The notes beneath the pieces were generated by a model that was given only the letters and a program-made list of their open reading frames with translations, was not told the origin of the DNA and searched no databases. A DNA stretch of 64,000 bases from NCBI GenBank assembly GCA_965208905.1, contig OZ242365.1, positions 1,568,001 to 1,632,000 of the forward strand, written 5' to 3'. Below, in pieces: positions 33,188-44,052 of this stretch; position 1 is the first letter of the stretch; each line of letters opens with the position of its first letter. The translations under genes and the position numbers were made by a program. The stretch comes from Nitrosopumilaceae archaeon. Lineage in GTDB: Archaea; Thermoproteota; Nitrososphaeria; Nitrososphaerales; Nitrosopumilaceae.

Positions 33188-35419
33188 TCAACTAATCATG
33201 GTAAGCCCGTTCTGCTTGGCAACCTGGTGTATGTTGTGTACCATCCCTTCCATCTCATTCTCATGTGATACAATGATGCACTGGCCAACCTTCAGTTCAT
33301 GCAGCACGTCCCTGAACGCGTGCATCTGCTGGCGTGAGAACCCTTCGGTAGGCTCATCCAGTATCAATATGTCTATGCCCTCCACCTGCTGATTCAGTGC
33401 CAGACGGTACGCCAGGGATACCGATGTACGCTCACCGCCAGAGAGATTTCTTACATTTTGTTATATGCCTGTCTGTGTTAACATGGGCTCAAACTTTTCG
33501 GATATATGCGATGTCTTTGTCGCATCATCTACCAGACGATTATACCAGTGCTTGTACTGTGTTGCAAACCTCTCACGTCTCTCATGCAGTATGTATTGTT
33601 CGATTGTCTCGCACGCGGGTATGAATTTGTCTACCAACCATGAGATTGAATCCTTGTGCTTTGTGTATGCTGCCTTATGTTTGGTCTGCTGTGCAATCTC
33701 GCCGCCCAGCCGTTCCTTCTCCTTGTTTAGATTCTCCAATCTCTCCTCATGCCTTGCCAACGAATCCCGCGCGGCCTGCAGGAGTTTGTTACTCTCATCC
33801 CGCTTTGCTCTTATCTGGGCTTCAACACCCCTGGCCTCATCCAACTCCCTGTGCAGGCCTGGCAGCTTCTGATGTTGTTCATTGTATTCGGCCATCTGCG
33901 TTTCTATCTCCTGCTTGCGCTTGTACAGCTCGGATATGCGCGCCGACACAATACTGATGGTCTTTTGCGCATCCCTATATGCGGTATAATCCCTGTCATA
34001 GTTGGCACGCCTGTCAATGTCGGCCCTCACTCCCTCTATGTTGGTCTGGGGCAGTGACTCCAACTGTACAGTACATTCCCGGCGCTTGGAGTTTAGCGTA
34101 TCGTACAATTCCTTGTTTGTATTATACGTGTTGAGTTCTGCCTTGTACCTGTCGAATAGTACCTTGTATTCATCATGTTTTACCTGTCGCGTATACAGTT
34201 CGTCCTCCGCACTCTGCAACTGGTCCGATATTGCCTGTATATTTGACTGGCGTTTGGATTTCAGTCCCTCCACATCATGTATCGTACCATCACAATACTC
34301 GCACTTTGCTCCCGTATTCTTTATGGACTCAAACAACTCCCTGGCGCGCTGCAGGTCTGCGCGCAGCCGGCCAACCTCCTCGGTATGCGCGGCTATATTC
34401 AGTGCCTCCATGTCTTTCTGTAGGGTGTTGCTTTCCGGCTTGCGCAGAGCGGGCATCTCATCAGTGTAGCGCCGTATCGCATCCTGTAGTGTGGTGTATC
34501 TGCTCTGTATGTTCTGCGCATCGTATAGGCGTTGCTGAAGTGTTTCGGCATCATCCACATCTATATCTGCGGGCTTTTTGCAACTCTCGGCCTGCTTTAG
34601 TTCCTCGGAATACTTGCGTATCCCATCCAGCGGGGATTCACCCTCCAGTTTTGATACATCCAGCGACTCTATCTGCCTTATCTCCATCTCAGACTCACGT
34701 ATGATGTCCTGTATCTGGGATAGGCGCGCATCATAGTTGTTGTTCTCGTATTGTATGATGGCTGTGCGCGTGGTACTACATACCTCCCCAAGGTTTAGTA
34801 TGTCTTTGCGTATTGTGCGTATTGTAGACTTGTTTGCATCCATATTTTCAAAGCGCGGAGCCAAGCCCACACACTCCTGTTTGAGATGTTTTATCATCTC
34901 CTTGGCGTTCTGTACGGCCGTTGAATAGTCCTGTATGCCAAAGGCTCGGCGTATCACCTCCTCGCGGCCCGTACCGTTTAGTATTGATTTTATCTCCTCC
35001 TGTGGGGTGTATATTGCGTAGCGGTACACCTTTGAGCGGCCGGTCTCACCAAAGCCCAGTATCTGCAGTATGCGGGTGTTGAGGTCCGATGCGGTCAGCA
35101 ACTCCGTTATGCCGTTGCATATGATGCATGTATCTGTCTGTGAGGCGTTGCCGCCCTTGATGCGTATGGTACGCTGTACCTCGTATGTGTCATCACCTAC
35201 CTTGAATTTCAGACTCACCTCTGCGCTGCTCTTGCCTTTTGAAACAAACCCATCAGATGATATGTATCCGAACCCAAACAAGGCAAACTCTATGCCCATC
35301 AGTATGGTAGTCTTGCCCGAACCCATGTCACCGCGATACAGCGTAATACCATCCTGGAAATCCAGCCTCGTATCCTGATGGGAGCGTATATTGTGCAGTT
35401 TCAATGATACCAGTCTCAT
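33188..35419 (-). pseudogene. rad50: Rad50 ATPase interrupted by an in-frame TAA at 33461-33463
   Basis: Walker A GDMGSGKTT, Q-loop, coiled coil with CEYC hook; same frame after the stop gives LSGGE and LILDEPT...VSH. Confidence 0.9.
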
Positions 35420-36495
35420 AATATGTCCACCCCGTCTCGTATGATGCGAGCCGCATAGTCACGCTTTGTCTCATTTTCGGGCTTCTCGTGGCGCAGCGTA
35501 TGTAGTAATGTGATGCCGCGTCTATCATCCCCCATGACTTCCTTCATGATGTCATCTTCCGTATCGTGCGGCGAACGCTCCGCATGCCGCGTGTTGTGTA
35601 GTGGGAGTGTTGTATCATCCTGTATCTTTGTGTATAGAGCGTCGGTCCTGATGCTTGATATATCCGGCGGGGTCGTAACCTCACCATGTATGCGCATGTA
35701 TAGTATCTTGCCTGGATACACAAAATCCCCATGTATGTCGTCCGGCGTGATGGACAGGTATTGGTATTGTGCCAGTTGTACCGGTATGAATTCCGGTTTG
35801 TAATCATCATATATGACATATCCGCGCTTCACCCCGCGCGCCGAATTATACATATCGTTGGGATGCCCGCCAAACAGCGTACCCGGATATATGATGTTTT
35901 TGTTATGCGTCTGGTAATCATGCATGTGGCCACCCAGGTATAGTTTGCAGTCGGCGGGCAGCATCTCTGCGCTCATCATATCATATGTGCCTGATATGTC
36001 CCCGTGAAACAGGAATATGTCCGGCTGGTTCTGTAGTATGTAATCTTTATCCAATATACGATATAGTTCCGCGTCCCGCCCGAGTTTCAACCCCGGCAGT
36101 CCCATTATGCAATACTCCCCTACATGTGTTGGTGTTGGACGCACCTTCCCTTCGTGTATCGTCGTATATGATAGCTTCTGCATCAAGCCTGCAGCCACCA
36201 GGACGTCTATGAAGGAGTTTGAGAGGGGTGAAAAGTCATGGGAACCGTATATCGTATACACCGGAATGTTGTTCTCCTTCAATCTCATCAGCTGTTTAAT
36301 CGCCAATTTTTGCACACGCACCTCGGGTATATTCACATGGAATGTATCCCCGCAGAACAGTACTACACCTACACCGCGCTGTATTATGTCTGATATCACA
36401 TACTCGAATGTCTCTGATTCCAGTTTTTGCAGCACTACATCTTTTTGGTATCCCAGATGCGTGTCTGCAAGGTGTGCTAGTGTAGCCGGTTTCAT
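35416..36495 (-). CDS. mre11: Mre11 nuclease
   Basis: ADTHLG, GDTF, GSHD, FHG, GGHMH, YPGT; start set by TTAAA at -27. Confidence 0.9.
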   Translation of the reverse strand: MKPATLAHLADTHLGYQKDVVLQKLESETFEYVISDIIQRGVGVVLFCGDTFHVNIPEVRVQKLAIKQLMRLKENNIPVYTIYGSHDFSPLSNSFIDVLVAAGLMQKLSYTTIHEGKVRPTPTHVGEYCIMGLPGLKLGRDAELYRILDKDYILQNQPDIFLFHGDISGTYDMMSAEMLPADCKLYLGGHMHDYQTHNKNIIYPGTLFGGHPNDMYNSARGVKRGYVIYDDYKPEFIPVQLAQYQYLSITPDDIHGDFVYPGKILYMRIHGEVTTPPDISSIRTDALYTKIQDDTTLPLHNTRHAERSPHDTEDDIMKEVMGDDRRGITLLHTLRHEKPENETKRDYAARIIRDGVDIL

Positions 36496-36664
36496 ACCGT
36501 TATACTGCTTCATCGCTTTTAAGGAGGAAAGTGAGGTATTCGACTCAAAATATTACTTGATTGGTGGGAAGTAAAGTTCAGATTACTGGGTTCTCCCTAC
36601 AAAGTAGACTGGCCCATGACCATACCCCCCGCCTACGATGTATTTCTTACCTGGGCGTGTTACA

Positions 36665-37210
36665 TTATGGTGTGGGTTTTTTCTTGGCCTCTTCGATTAG
36701 TCTAAAAATACTTCTGCATAATAAGCCACCATGCCTATCCTTACCGAACTCTTCCACACAATCCCAATAGGCTGTTGCCATTCTGTCTAGATGTTCTTGC
36801 ATTCTCTTTTGTTTCCCTGATGGGTTGTTCCTGTTCATGGCTTTGAGCTCATCTATGATATACTCCATGGATTGTAACATGCCTTCCATTGCGTTTAATG
36901 TGGCATTTCGCTTATCTTTCCCCTTACGGACCTCAGCCCCCAAATATTGGTAATTGGCTATTGCGTGGCTTGCAATATCCAACATATGTGTATGTACATA
37001 TGGACTTTTCATGGGCCACACACCCATATTACACCGCAAATCGTCATCCACAAGTCGATAGTGGCCTTGTCCAACAGACAACATATACATCAACTCACCA
37101 ATTGGTTTACTAACATCATCATAGTGTGTTTTAGTGGCTAATTTCACCTGATTATCACCCACGCATGGGTTTTGAAAATATTTCCCAACCCTACGGGAAC
37201 ATTCTATCAC
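36665..37210 (-). CDS. Hypothetical protein
   Basis: 181-aa ORF between herA and mre11. Confidence 0.5.
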   Translation of the reverse strand: MIECSRRVGKYFQNPCVGDNQVKLATKTHYDDVSKPIGELMYMLSVGQGHYRLVDDDLRCNMGVWPMKSPYVHTHMLDIASHAIANYQYLGAEVRKGKDKRNATLNAMEGMLQSMEYIIDELKAMNRNNPSGKQKRMQEHLDRMATAYWDCVEEFGKDRHGGLLCRSIFRLIEEAKKKPTP

Positions 37211-37502
37211 ACACGGCTATATACCACACCATCCTTGCCGCCCTCTCGGTATACGCACTCTCCATACACTCCTCCCAACTTGAAGACCCCTTCAATACTA
37301 ATCCTATATCTGGTGTTACCTCTACATCTGTCGTGGGGGTGTTTAAGAAAAGGAAACCGAGAGATATGATTATACCAACTATCAGTAACACAACACCGAG
37401 ACCCATCTTGGTACGGGGTAATACACAGAAAATCCCACCTGTTACGGTCATACATATTCCCAACATGAAGATGGGGGAGTGTATCAACAACTCAGTTGTC
37501 AT
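37191..37502 (-). CDS. Small membrane protein
   Basis: Two hydrophobic segments. Confidence 0.55.
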   Translation of the reverse strand: MTTELLIHSPIFMLGICMTVTGGIFCVLPRTKMGLGVVLLIVGIIISLGFLFLNTPTTDVEVTPDIGLVLKGSSSWEECMESAYTERAARMVWYIAVCDRMFP

Positions 37503-37559
37503 TTAGAGTCCCCCCCCCCCAGTACCAGGATAGCCCACATCTTCAAACAAAAAATCCAA

Positions 37560-38982
37560 CTAACCTATCACCTTATAGTCTGCACGTTTTGACTCCCGCG
37601 CCTCAAATAGTGGAATTTTAATCGGTATGGCAAACGGCACGAACACGCTGGATATGATGGCCTCACCCTTGTCAAGTCCTGCGATATTCAGCATGTCTTT
37701 TGAGAGGTCTTGCGCAGCAGACTCTATTACGGCCTTGCGTTCCTGTATCATCTCGTTGCCGAGTATAATCTTCGTGCCCAGATTCGCCAGTATGTCCCGC
37801 GGTATCATGCTTGTAAGCTGGGTGATTGCCACCAGACCGACCTTGAACTTGCGTCCCTCACGCGCAATCGTACCGAACACATTGCCCTCACCCATGTCGT
37901 TTAGCACGCGCGGCGCCTCCTCAAGTATTATGGATGCTACCGGCAACTCGTGCAGTCTGCCTTCCCGCTGTGCCATACGGTAATGATACAGTATGCTATA
38001 CGCGAGCACAGAACCTATGAGCAACTCCTCCTTGTCGTCCAGCGTGGATGTATCTATCACAACCACCTCTCCCGCCGCAACAGCACCAACAATATCATGT
38101 ACGGTATTGCCGCCGTCCAGCGTAAATGTCTCCCCCCTTCCTATATTCAGGGCGCGCCCAATTTTTCTGCGCAGTACGAGTCGTGTCCTAAGCACGCGCG
38201 CATCCAAGCCCTCATCATCACTCTCATCGAATAATCTGGCAATCCAGTCTCTGCCGTGTCTGCTGTTCAACTCCCACACCATGTCTGACTGCGCATCAGA
38301 CAGTTCGACAACCCCCCCTTAGCTGTGAGGGATGTATGTGCTGCGTGCTTATCGCGAGGCTCTTCCCGTACTGTTTGAGATTCCTGCCGGCCTTTGGATG
38401 GCTATCCAGCGTATGATACTCGTTATGCGCATCCAGTACCAGCATGCCGACATCATTTGAGTCCAAAAGATTCCACAGTATGTTCTTTACCAGGTTTGAC
38501 TTGCCGCGGCCGGTCGTCGCGGGTATCAACACATGGTGCGAGAACACATCCTGAGCGTTGAGTTTCACATCAACCCCAAGCACCTTACTGCCGCTCCGTA
38601 TCATGCCCAGCGATAGATTGTTGCGCGGGTCGCCGGACAGAAACCTAAAGTCCTCATCTGACACATCATGTATCTCGCCAAGAAACTTGGGTAGTTTCTT
38701 TGTCTTGTGCACCTCGCCTCCCCGCACATCACACAGCGCCTTTACGGTACAGATGATATACTCTGTGTCTTCCCGCTCTATGAAGTCATCCATGTGCTGT
38801 ATAGACCCGGCCATCATGCCCCACAGGTTCATGTTGTTCTTGGGTGCGTACTGTATATCATATACCTGCAGTATGTTGTGTTTTGTCTTTAGCAGGTCGC
38901 CTATCTCTATATCATAGTCCTCGGCCTGCCGTATTATGATCTCATCAAACGCCCCACCCATTACGCGTCCCACAACAGTCAT
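37560..38982 (-). pseudogene. herA: HerA helicase, frameshifted at a G7 run (38312-38318)
   Basis: HAS-barrel N-terminus, ATTGRGKS, LDAHNEY; removing one G gives LRGVVELSDAQSDMVWE joining ILEEA, IAREGRKF, ITQ. Confidence 0.9.
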
Positions 38983-39977
38983 CTGTTCACCTCGTTTAGT
39001 TTTTCATGCATCTCCATGTCGGCTATGTCGCGCTGTATGTCTTTGGAGAGGTTGTGCCGGATCTTCCACAATACAATCCTGCCCTCGTCCTTTCTTATCT
39101 TCGCCATATGGTCGGCGCGTATCAAACCCGTGGGATACCCGTACATGCGCACATCCTTTGAGTTGGCGCGTATGGTATTCACAATATCATGTATGTCTTG
39201 TGTGTCCAATGTATCATATGCCGCCTGATCTATATCCAGCAGGTATGGCCTGCTTTTTTCATGCAACATAACACCGAGTGTGGCAGCCGCATCGCGCACG
39301 TGCCCAATCCTGACAAACGCAGGTCCCCGTGAATGCATACTGCGCAGGTGTGATATCAGGGGCCTGCCGTTGTACATCGCGTTTGTGGTCTTTGCCAGGG
39401 CGCATACGACAACACCCTTGCGGTGTGCTGCATGGCATAATTCCGACATTAACTGACTCTCCTTCCCACCCCATGCGTTCAATGCCCCGTCCATGACCAG
39501 TATGTTTAGTCTGTCTTTACACTCCATCTCCTGAATGATTTTTGTTGCATATGTCCACTCCGAATATGAGCGCGCCATTGAATCATGTCTGTGCGTCTGC
39601 GGGGCGTGTATCAGGGCAGATGCATCGTTCAGTATACGCTCCGATACCAGATACCCGCGCTCGTCCCGGTGTATTGGATATATTGCATGTGTGATGGGAT
39701 CATACCGTATAAGCGAATAGAACGACACGCGCGGATACTCCCGTATACGGCTCATTCCATTGTACGTGGCGCCGAACAGCCGGTTTATCTCCAGGTGGCA
39801 GTACGGCGTGTGCAGTATGCTCATGTTGCCGCCATCCACAAATGTACAATCCAGTGTGGTGTTTGACTGGATTGGCTCAAAACCATCGTCTATCCTTACA
39901 CTACCGCCAATTCCATCAAACGGTATGCGGTTTATCTCCTGTATGACGGCCTGCCGTATAACAGATACTGTACTCAT
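38979..39977 (-). CDS. nurA: NurA nuclease
   Basis: FVDGG, VMDGAL, LAKT, GYPTGLIRADHMAKI; overlaps the herA start. Confidence 0.88.
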   Translation of the reverse strand: MSTVSVIRQAVIQEINRIPFDGIGGSVRIDDGFEPIQSNTTLDCTFVDGGNMSILHTPYCHLEINRLFGATYNGMSRIREYPRVSFYSLIRYDPITHAIYPIHRDERGYLVSERILNDASALIHAPQTHRHDSMARSYSEWTYATKIIQEMECKDRLNILVMDGALNAWGGKESQLMSELCHAAHRKGVVVCALAKTTNAMYNGRPLISHLRSMHSRGPAFVRIGHVRDAAATLGVMLHEKSRPYLLDIDQAAYDTLDTQDIHDIVNTIRANSKDVRMYGYPTGLIRADHMAKIRKDEGRIVLWKIRHNLSKDIQRDIADMEMHEKLNEVNR

Positions 39978-40028
39978 ACCCTCCTGATGCACGATACAAT
40001 ATAAGGCGCAATATGGCATTTTCCACAC

Positions 40029-40045
40029 CCATATAGCGCCTTAAA
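40029..40045 (+). promoter_or_regulatory. Class I promoter, type example (back-to-back with CCATATTGCGCCTTATA for nurA)
   Basis: CCATATAGCGCCTTAAA, TTAAA 28 nt before ATG 40069; identical at 60112 and near-identical at 48104. Confidence 0.8.
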
Positions 40046-40068
40046 TGGAACGACACTTTACACTGCCA

Positions 40069-41043
40069 ATGGAAGATATACAACTTGACAGTCTGGAGGG
40101 CGTCGGACCGGTAACCGCACGCAAACTGGCTGAAGCAGGCATACACAACATCATGGATTTGGTAGTGCGGGGGCCCATTGAGATCTCCAACATCACAAGC
40201 ATGGAGAAGGAGGCTGCCGAAAAGCTGGTCACCAAGGCCAGAAAACATCTATCCGAAAGCGGGCAACTGGCAAAAGAGTTTGTCAGTGCGGCAGAAATCT
40301 ACAAACGTCGACAAGAGATAGGAAAGATATCCACCGGAACCGACTGCCTCGACACGCTGTTTGGCGGAGGCGTTGAGACGCAGGCCCTTACCGAGGTATA
40401 TGGTGAGTTTGGCTGCGGTAAGACCCAATTCTGCCACACCCTATGCGTCATGGTACAAAAGAGCATACAGGACGGCGGCCTTGGGGGCGGCGTGCTGTAT
40501 ATGGACTCTGAGAATACCTTCAGGCCTGAAAGAATAGCCTCTATTGCCAAGGCCAATGGCATGGACCCACAGCGCATACTGGAGAACATCATAGTGGCCC
40601 GTGCATACAACAGTGCCCATCAGATACTCATACTTGAGGAGGCCGGTGCGATAATACGTGAGAATAACATCAAGCTACTGGTGGCAGATTCGGCAGTCGG
40701 TCTGTTCAGATCCGAGTATCTGGGACGCGGCACACTGTCCGAGAGGCAGCAGAGATTAAACCACTTTGTGCACCTGTTGGTGCGCATAGCCGAGACGTAC
40801 AATGTTGCCGCGGTGGCCACCAACCAAGTGATGTCATCCCCGGATTCGTTCTTTGGGGATCCGACAAAGCCCATTGGAGGCAATGTGGTGGCTCATACCA
40901 GCACGTACAGGGTTTACTTTAAAAAGTCCGGCAAAAAGAGGATAGCCCGCATGGTGGACAGTCCGCACCATCCCGAGGAGGAGACGATGTTCGCCATAAG
41001 CGAGGCGGGCATAATCGACCCCGTAGAGCCAAAAACCAAGTAA
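40069..41043 (+). CDS. radA: RadA recombinase
   Basis: N-terminal HhH LEGVGP, GEFGCGKTQ, ENTFRPER, PIGGNVVAH. Confidence 0.96.
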   Translation: MEDIQLDSLEGVGPVTARKLAEAGIHNIMDLVVRGPIEISNITSMEKEAAEKLVTKARKHLSESGQLAKEFVSAAEIYKRRQEIGKISTGTDCLDTLFGGGVETQALTEVYGEFGCGKTQFCHTLCVMVQKSIQDGGLGGGVLYMDSENTFRPERIASIAKANGMDPQRILENIIVARAYNSAHQILILEEAGAIIRENNIKLLVADSAVGLFRSEYLGRGTLSERQQRLNHFVHLLVRIAETYNVAAVATNQVMSSPDSFFGDPTKPIGGNVVAHTSTYRVYFKKSGKKRIARMVDSPHHPEEETMFAISEAGIIDPVEPKTK

Positions 41044-41060
41044 TTTTTTTGTTTTATTTG

Positions 41061-41170
41061 ACCGGGGATCACCCCCCGGCAAGGTTTGCCGTGTAGGCAA
41101 ACCAGCAACATACAGCAGGGGCGCCGGACACTGACCCACGTGTGTGCTAGGACGTAAAGTCTCGCCCGGC
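41061..41170 (-). ncRNA. Candidate small RNA, copy D (pseudoknot frame plus two 3' hairpins)
   Basis: GCCGGGCG exactly 28 nt after CCACATAGCGCC-TTATA; pairs with TGTCCGGC; then GGTTTGCC/GGCAAACC-TT-GCCGGGG/CCCCGGT. Confidence 0.6.
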
Positions 41171-41591
41171 CCTATGGATGCTGCGTGGCACAATATAAGG
41201 CGCTATGTGGCTTTGGGTCGAAATTATTCAGTCGTATCTACAAGAGCATTCGGCGTGGTCAGGGGTTGACTGTAGCCGTTCCACGGAACCGTCCGTCATT
41301 GTTTTGGCGATGTCATGTGTATGGTGAAGTTATGGACATCCTACCACGCCTGCCTTTCGGCCAACCGAGGCTGTCCAGTGTACAGAAGTCATGTGTTTGT
41401 TGATGTTACGAAATAGTACGAGTACTACTGCTAGATGTTGTGACATGCATCGAGTGACAGTCCTCGGGCTTATTGTATGCCGTCTGTGTCGATGATGTGG
41501 CTTCATGCCAAGGTAGCAGATCGGTTACGTTTAAGGGAGTATATGGCTTTGGACTGATGGTGACTATAGTCCCACAACATCATAAAATTTA

Positions 41592-41673
41592 ACCGGGGGC
41601 TTTGGGCCCCCGGCAAGGTCTGGGGGACTACCGCCCCCGACCTAGGCGCATACGCCGGCACCTACCATAAGAC
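41592..41673 (-). ncRNA. Candidate small RNA, copy F (three hairpins, no variable loop)
   Basis: Follows CCACATAGTCC-TTTAAA; TAGGTGC/GCGCCTA, GGTCGGGGG/CCCCCAGACC, TT, GCCGGGGGC/GCCCCCGGT. Confidence 0.55.
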
Positions 41674-41704
41674 GGTATGATACATATCGATTGCATTTAA
41701 AGGA

Positions 41705-43141
41705 CTATGTGGCTTTTGTACCCGAGCCGCCACCGGCCTTGCCCATGGCTGCGCCGGCAGCCCCGGCAGGCTTTGCACCAGCACCCATGCTACCCATGCC
41801 AAGTCTTCCCGCGCCCGCGCCAACTGCACCCTGCGCAGTCTGTATCATGCTGGTGAACGAGCCGGTAACCTGCTGTATAATCGTAGCAAATGCGCCCAGC
41901 GATACAATGGGTATGGCTATTGCCATCGACATTATGCCCGTGCCGAACATCCATACAACCAGTACGTCATTCCCATAGTCGGACAACAGCAGCCCGACCA
42001 TCAGCTCTGATGATATGCTGAACAGTATGGCCATCTCTATTGGGTATAGTATGGCGGCCGCCAGTGATGCGGGGCCGTATGTTGTCAGCACCTGCTTTAT
42101 CCTTCCGCCGCCGTGCATATGCTCCCAGGGCATCAGCATAAGCAGAAGGTATGCCGGCACAAACACGAGCATTGTGGCTGTTGCCACATCCACTGCGACG
42201 TTTGATATAATCATGCCCGTACCGGTCATTATTACGGCCTGCGCCTTTATCATGCCGAACAGTATGTTCACGATAAACTCGCCAAAGCCCCTGTACATCC
42301 AGTCGGCCGCATTGTCCCAGTGTGAGGTAATGGTCTCCCAGAAGGAGCCGGATACATCAACGGGTGGCGGTATGGCCTTTGTATTGCCGCCCCACTGCTC
42401 CAGCATGTATCGGACGCGCAGTTCCGGCTGGCACATCGCATCCAGTTTACCGGTCTTGTCCTGCATGAGCAAATACCGTGTTGCATGATAGTGTTTCTGC
42501 AGGGCCTCGTTGTCCGTATCCAGCACGCCGTTTGTATACCACTGCGGGGGGCACGGATACTCCCTGTTGCCGGAGTATGCGTTGTTTAGTATCTTTGTCG
42601 ATACCCACTCCGAACCGTCTATCGAATAATCCCATATGGGCGGTAGTATGAACAGTATCACAATGCACAGTACGCACCTTGATGGCAGGCTTGACATCCA
42701 CACGTATGCCCAGTGTGACCCGCGCGGGTCTGCGCCAAACCCCACCGTACCATAGTTTTCCCCCCGCCGCATCATGGTTTTTTTGGGCCTCATCATCGGA
42801 TGTACGCCGTCTGTGACCTCCTGTGTATGTTCGCCCTCCATTACATATGATGCCCTGTGTCCGAAACGGCCGGTTATCAGCCAGGCTATCGCGCCCAGGC
42901 CTATTATACCATACAGGACGGCCTCGCGCTGCTGCTTGAATACATGAAACAGCATGTTGCCGTTCTCCCCCGTGTGATCCAGACTGTACTCGAAGTCCGG
43001 CATGTCTATCAGTATATCTACCAGGTTTTCGACCAGAAAGTCCTTGATGATACCGGATATCGTGATTATGGTTACCACAAGCGCCAGTATGATTGCCAGG
43101 TCAAGCACGATCTGCACGACAAAGAGGATTGGCAGCGCCAT
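41705..43141 (-). CDS. Polytopic membrane protein, VirB6/TrbL-like
   Basis: Several TM segments around a large loop; Gly/Ala-rich C-tail; class II motif upstream. Confidence 0.6.
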   Translation of the reverse strand: MALPILFVVQIVLDLAIILALVVTIITISGIIKDFLVENLVDILIDMPDFEYSLDHTGENGNMLFHVFKQQREAVLYGIIGLGAIAWLITGRFGHRASYVMEGEHTQEVTDGVHPMMRPKKTMMRRGENYGTVGFGADPRGSHWAYVWMSSLPSRCVLCIVILFILPPIWDYSIDGSEWVSTKILNNAYSGNREYPCPPQWYTNGVLDTDNEALQKHYHATRYLLMQDKTGKLDAMCQPELRVRYMLEQWGGNTKAIPPPVDVSGSFWETITSHWDNAADWMYRGFGEFIVNILFGMIKAQAVIMTGTGMIISNVAVDVATATMLVFVPAYLLLMLMPWEHMHGGGRIKQVLTTYGPASLAAAILYPIEMAILFSISSELMVGLLLSDYGNDVLVVWMFGTGIMSMAIAIPIVSLGAFATIIQQVTGSFTSMIQTAQGAVGAGAGRLGMGSMGAGAKPAGAAGAAMGKAGGGSGTKAT

Positions 43142-43163
43142 ACCGTATCACATATGGTTGATC

Positions 43164-43177
43164 CGTTTTTGGGTTAC
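43164..43177 (-). promoter_or_regulatory. Class II promoter motif
   Basis: GTAACC-CAAAAA-CG, with CG at -24/-23 of ATG 43141. Confidence 0.65.
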
Positions 43178-43416
43178 TAAAAATTAGTTCTTTTGGAGTT
43201 TGTTGTTTGTCAAGTCTGCGCAATCTCTACACATCACAGGATTCACACCTCAATAATCGGCATACCGTGAAAGGGTGGTTTATCAGTCCCAAAAGTGGGT
43301 CCCACTAACATATAATCCGTGAAGGGCCTATAGTTTGATGCTGCCAGGTGGCCATCCAAGAGTCGCGCAGTTGGCTTTTTCGCGCTCCTTTGGTCCACGC
43401 GCCTTCACCCCTAACG

Positions 43417-44052
43417 CTAACTGGAATGCTCAAGATTCTTGCCACTGACCTGCGTCAGAGCACGAAGGAATCCCATAGTTTGCCGCATGTCCTTAGCATA
43501 CTCCGGGTGTGTATCACTTGCTATCCAGTGACGAACCTTTCGGTTGACATAGATGAGACCGAATCCTGTAAGCGAGAGTAGTCGCAACGCCCAAGCTGGC
43601 CTCACTATATACTTGTTTAATAGCCGTTCATATTCACCAATGGTTCTTGCTGTTCGCTTCTCCAACCATTTGGCCATATAATTAATCAGTGCAGCATTCT
43701 CTTCCTGGGTTCGATCTAGATTTTGGGCAACATCTACCATAAATCGAATGGTATTCGGTGGTACAACTATGTAATAGTCATTTTCCGTAAGGAAGAGGTA
43801 CACAGTAAGTAATGCTGTCCTCTTGTTGCCGTCAGGAAAGGGGTGGAGTCGAATAATGCCCTCCATCAGTGACGCAGCCTGTTTGAATATCGTGTCATGT
43901 ACGGACTGACCATATACGGTGAGAAATGCTGTCTGTACTATGCCTTCGACCGCCTGACGATTTATGTGTCCATCAGTAACGCGTTTGGGAAACATCTTCC
44001 GAATCTCACTATGAAATAACAACACATCGTCGGCGGTTATATGATCTGTCAA
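43417..44052 (-). CDS. Fic/Doc-family toxin
   Basis: HPFPDGNKRTA. Confidence 0.9.
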   Translation of the reverse strand: MTDHITADDVLLFHSEIRKMFPKRVTDGHINRQAVEGIVQTAFLTVYGQSVHDTIFKQAASLMEGIIRLHPFPDGNKRTALLTVYLFLTENDYYIVVPPNTIRFMVDVAQNLDRTQEENAALINYMAKWLEKRTARTIGEYERLLNKYIVRPAWALRLLSLTGFGLIYVNRKVRHWIASDTHPEYAKDMRQTMGFLRALTQVSGKNLEHSS

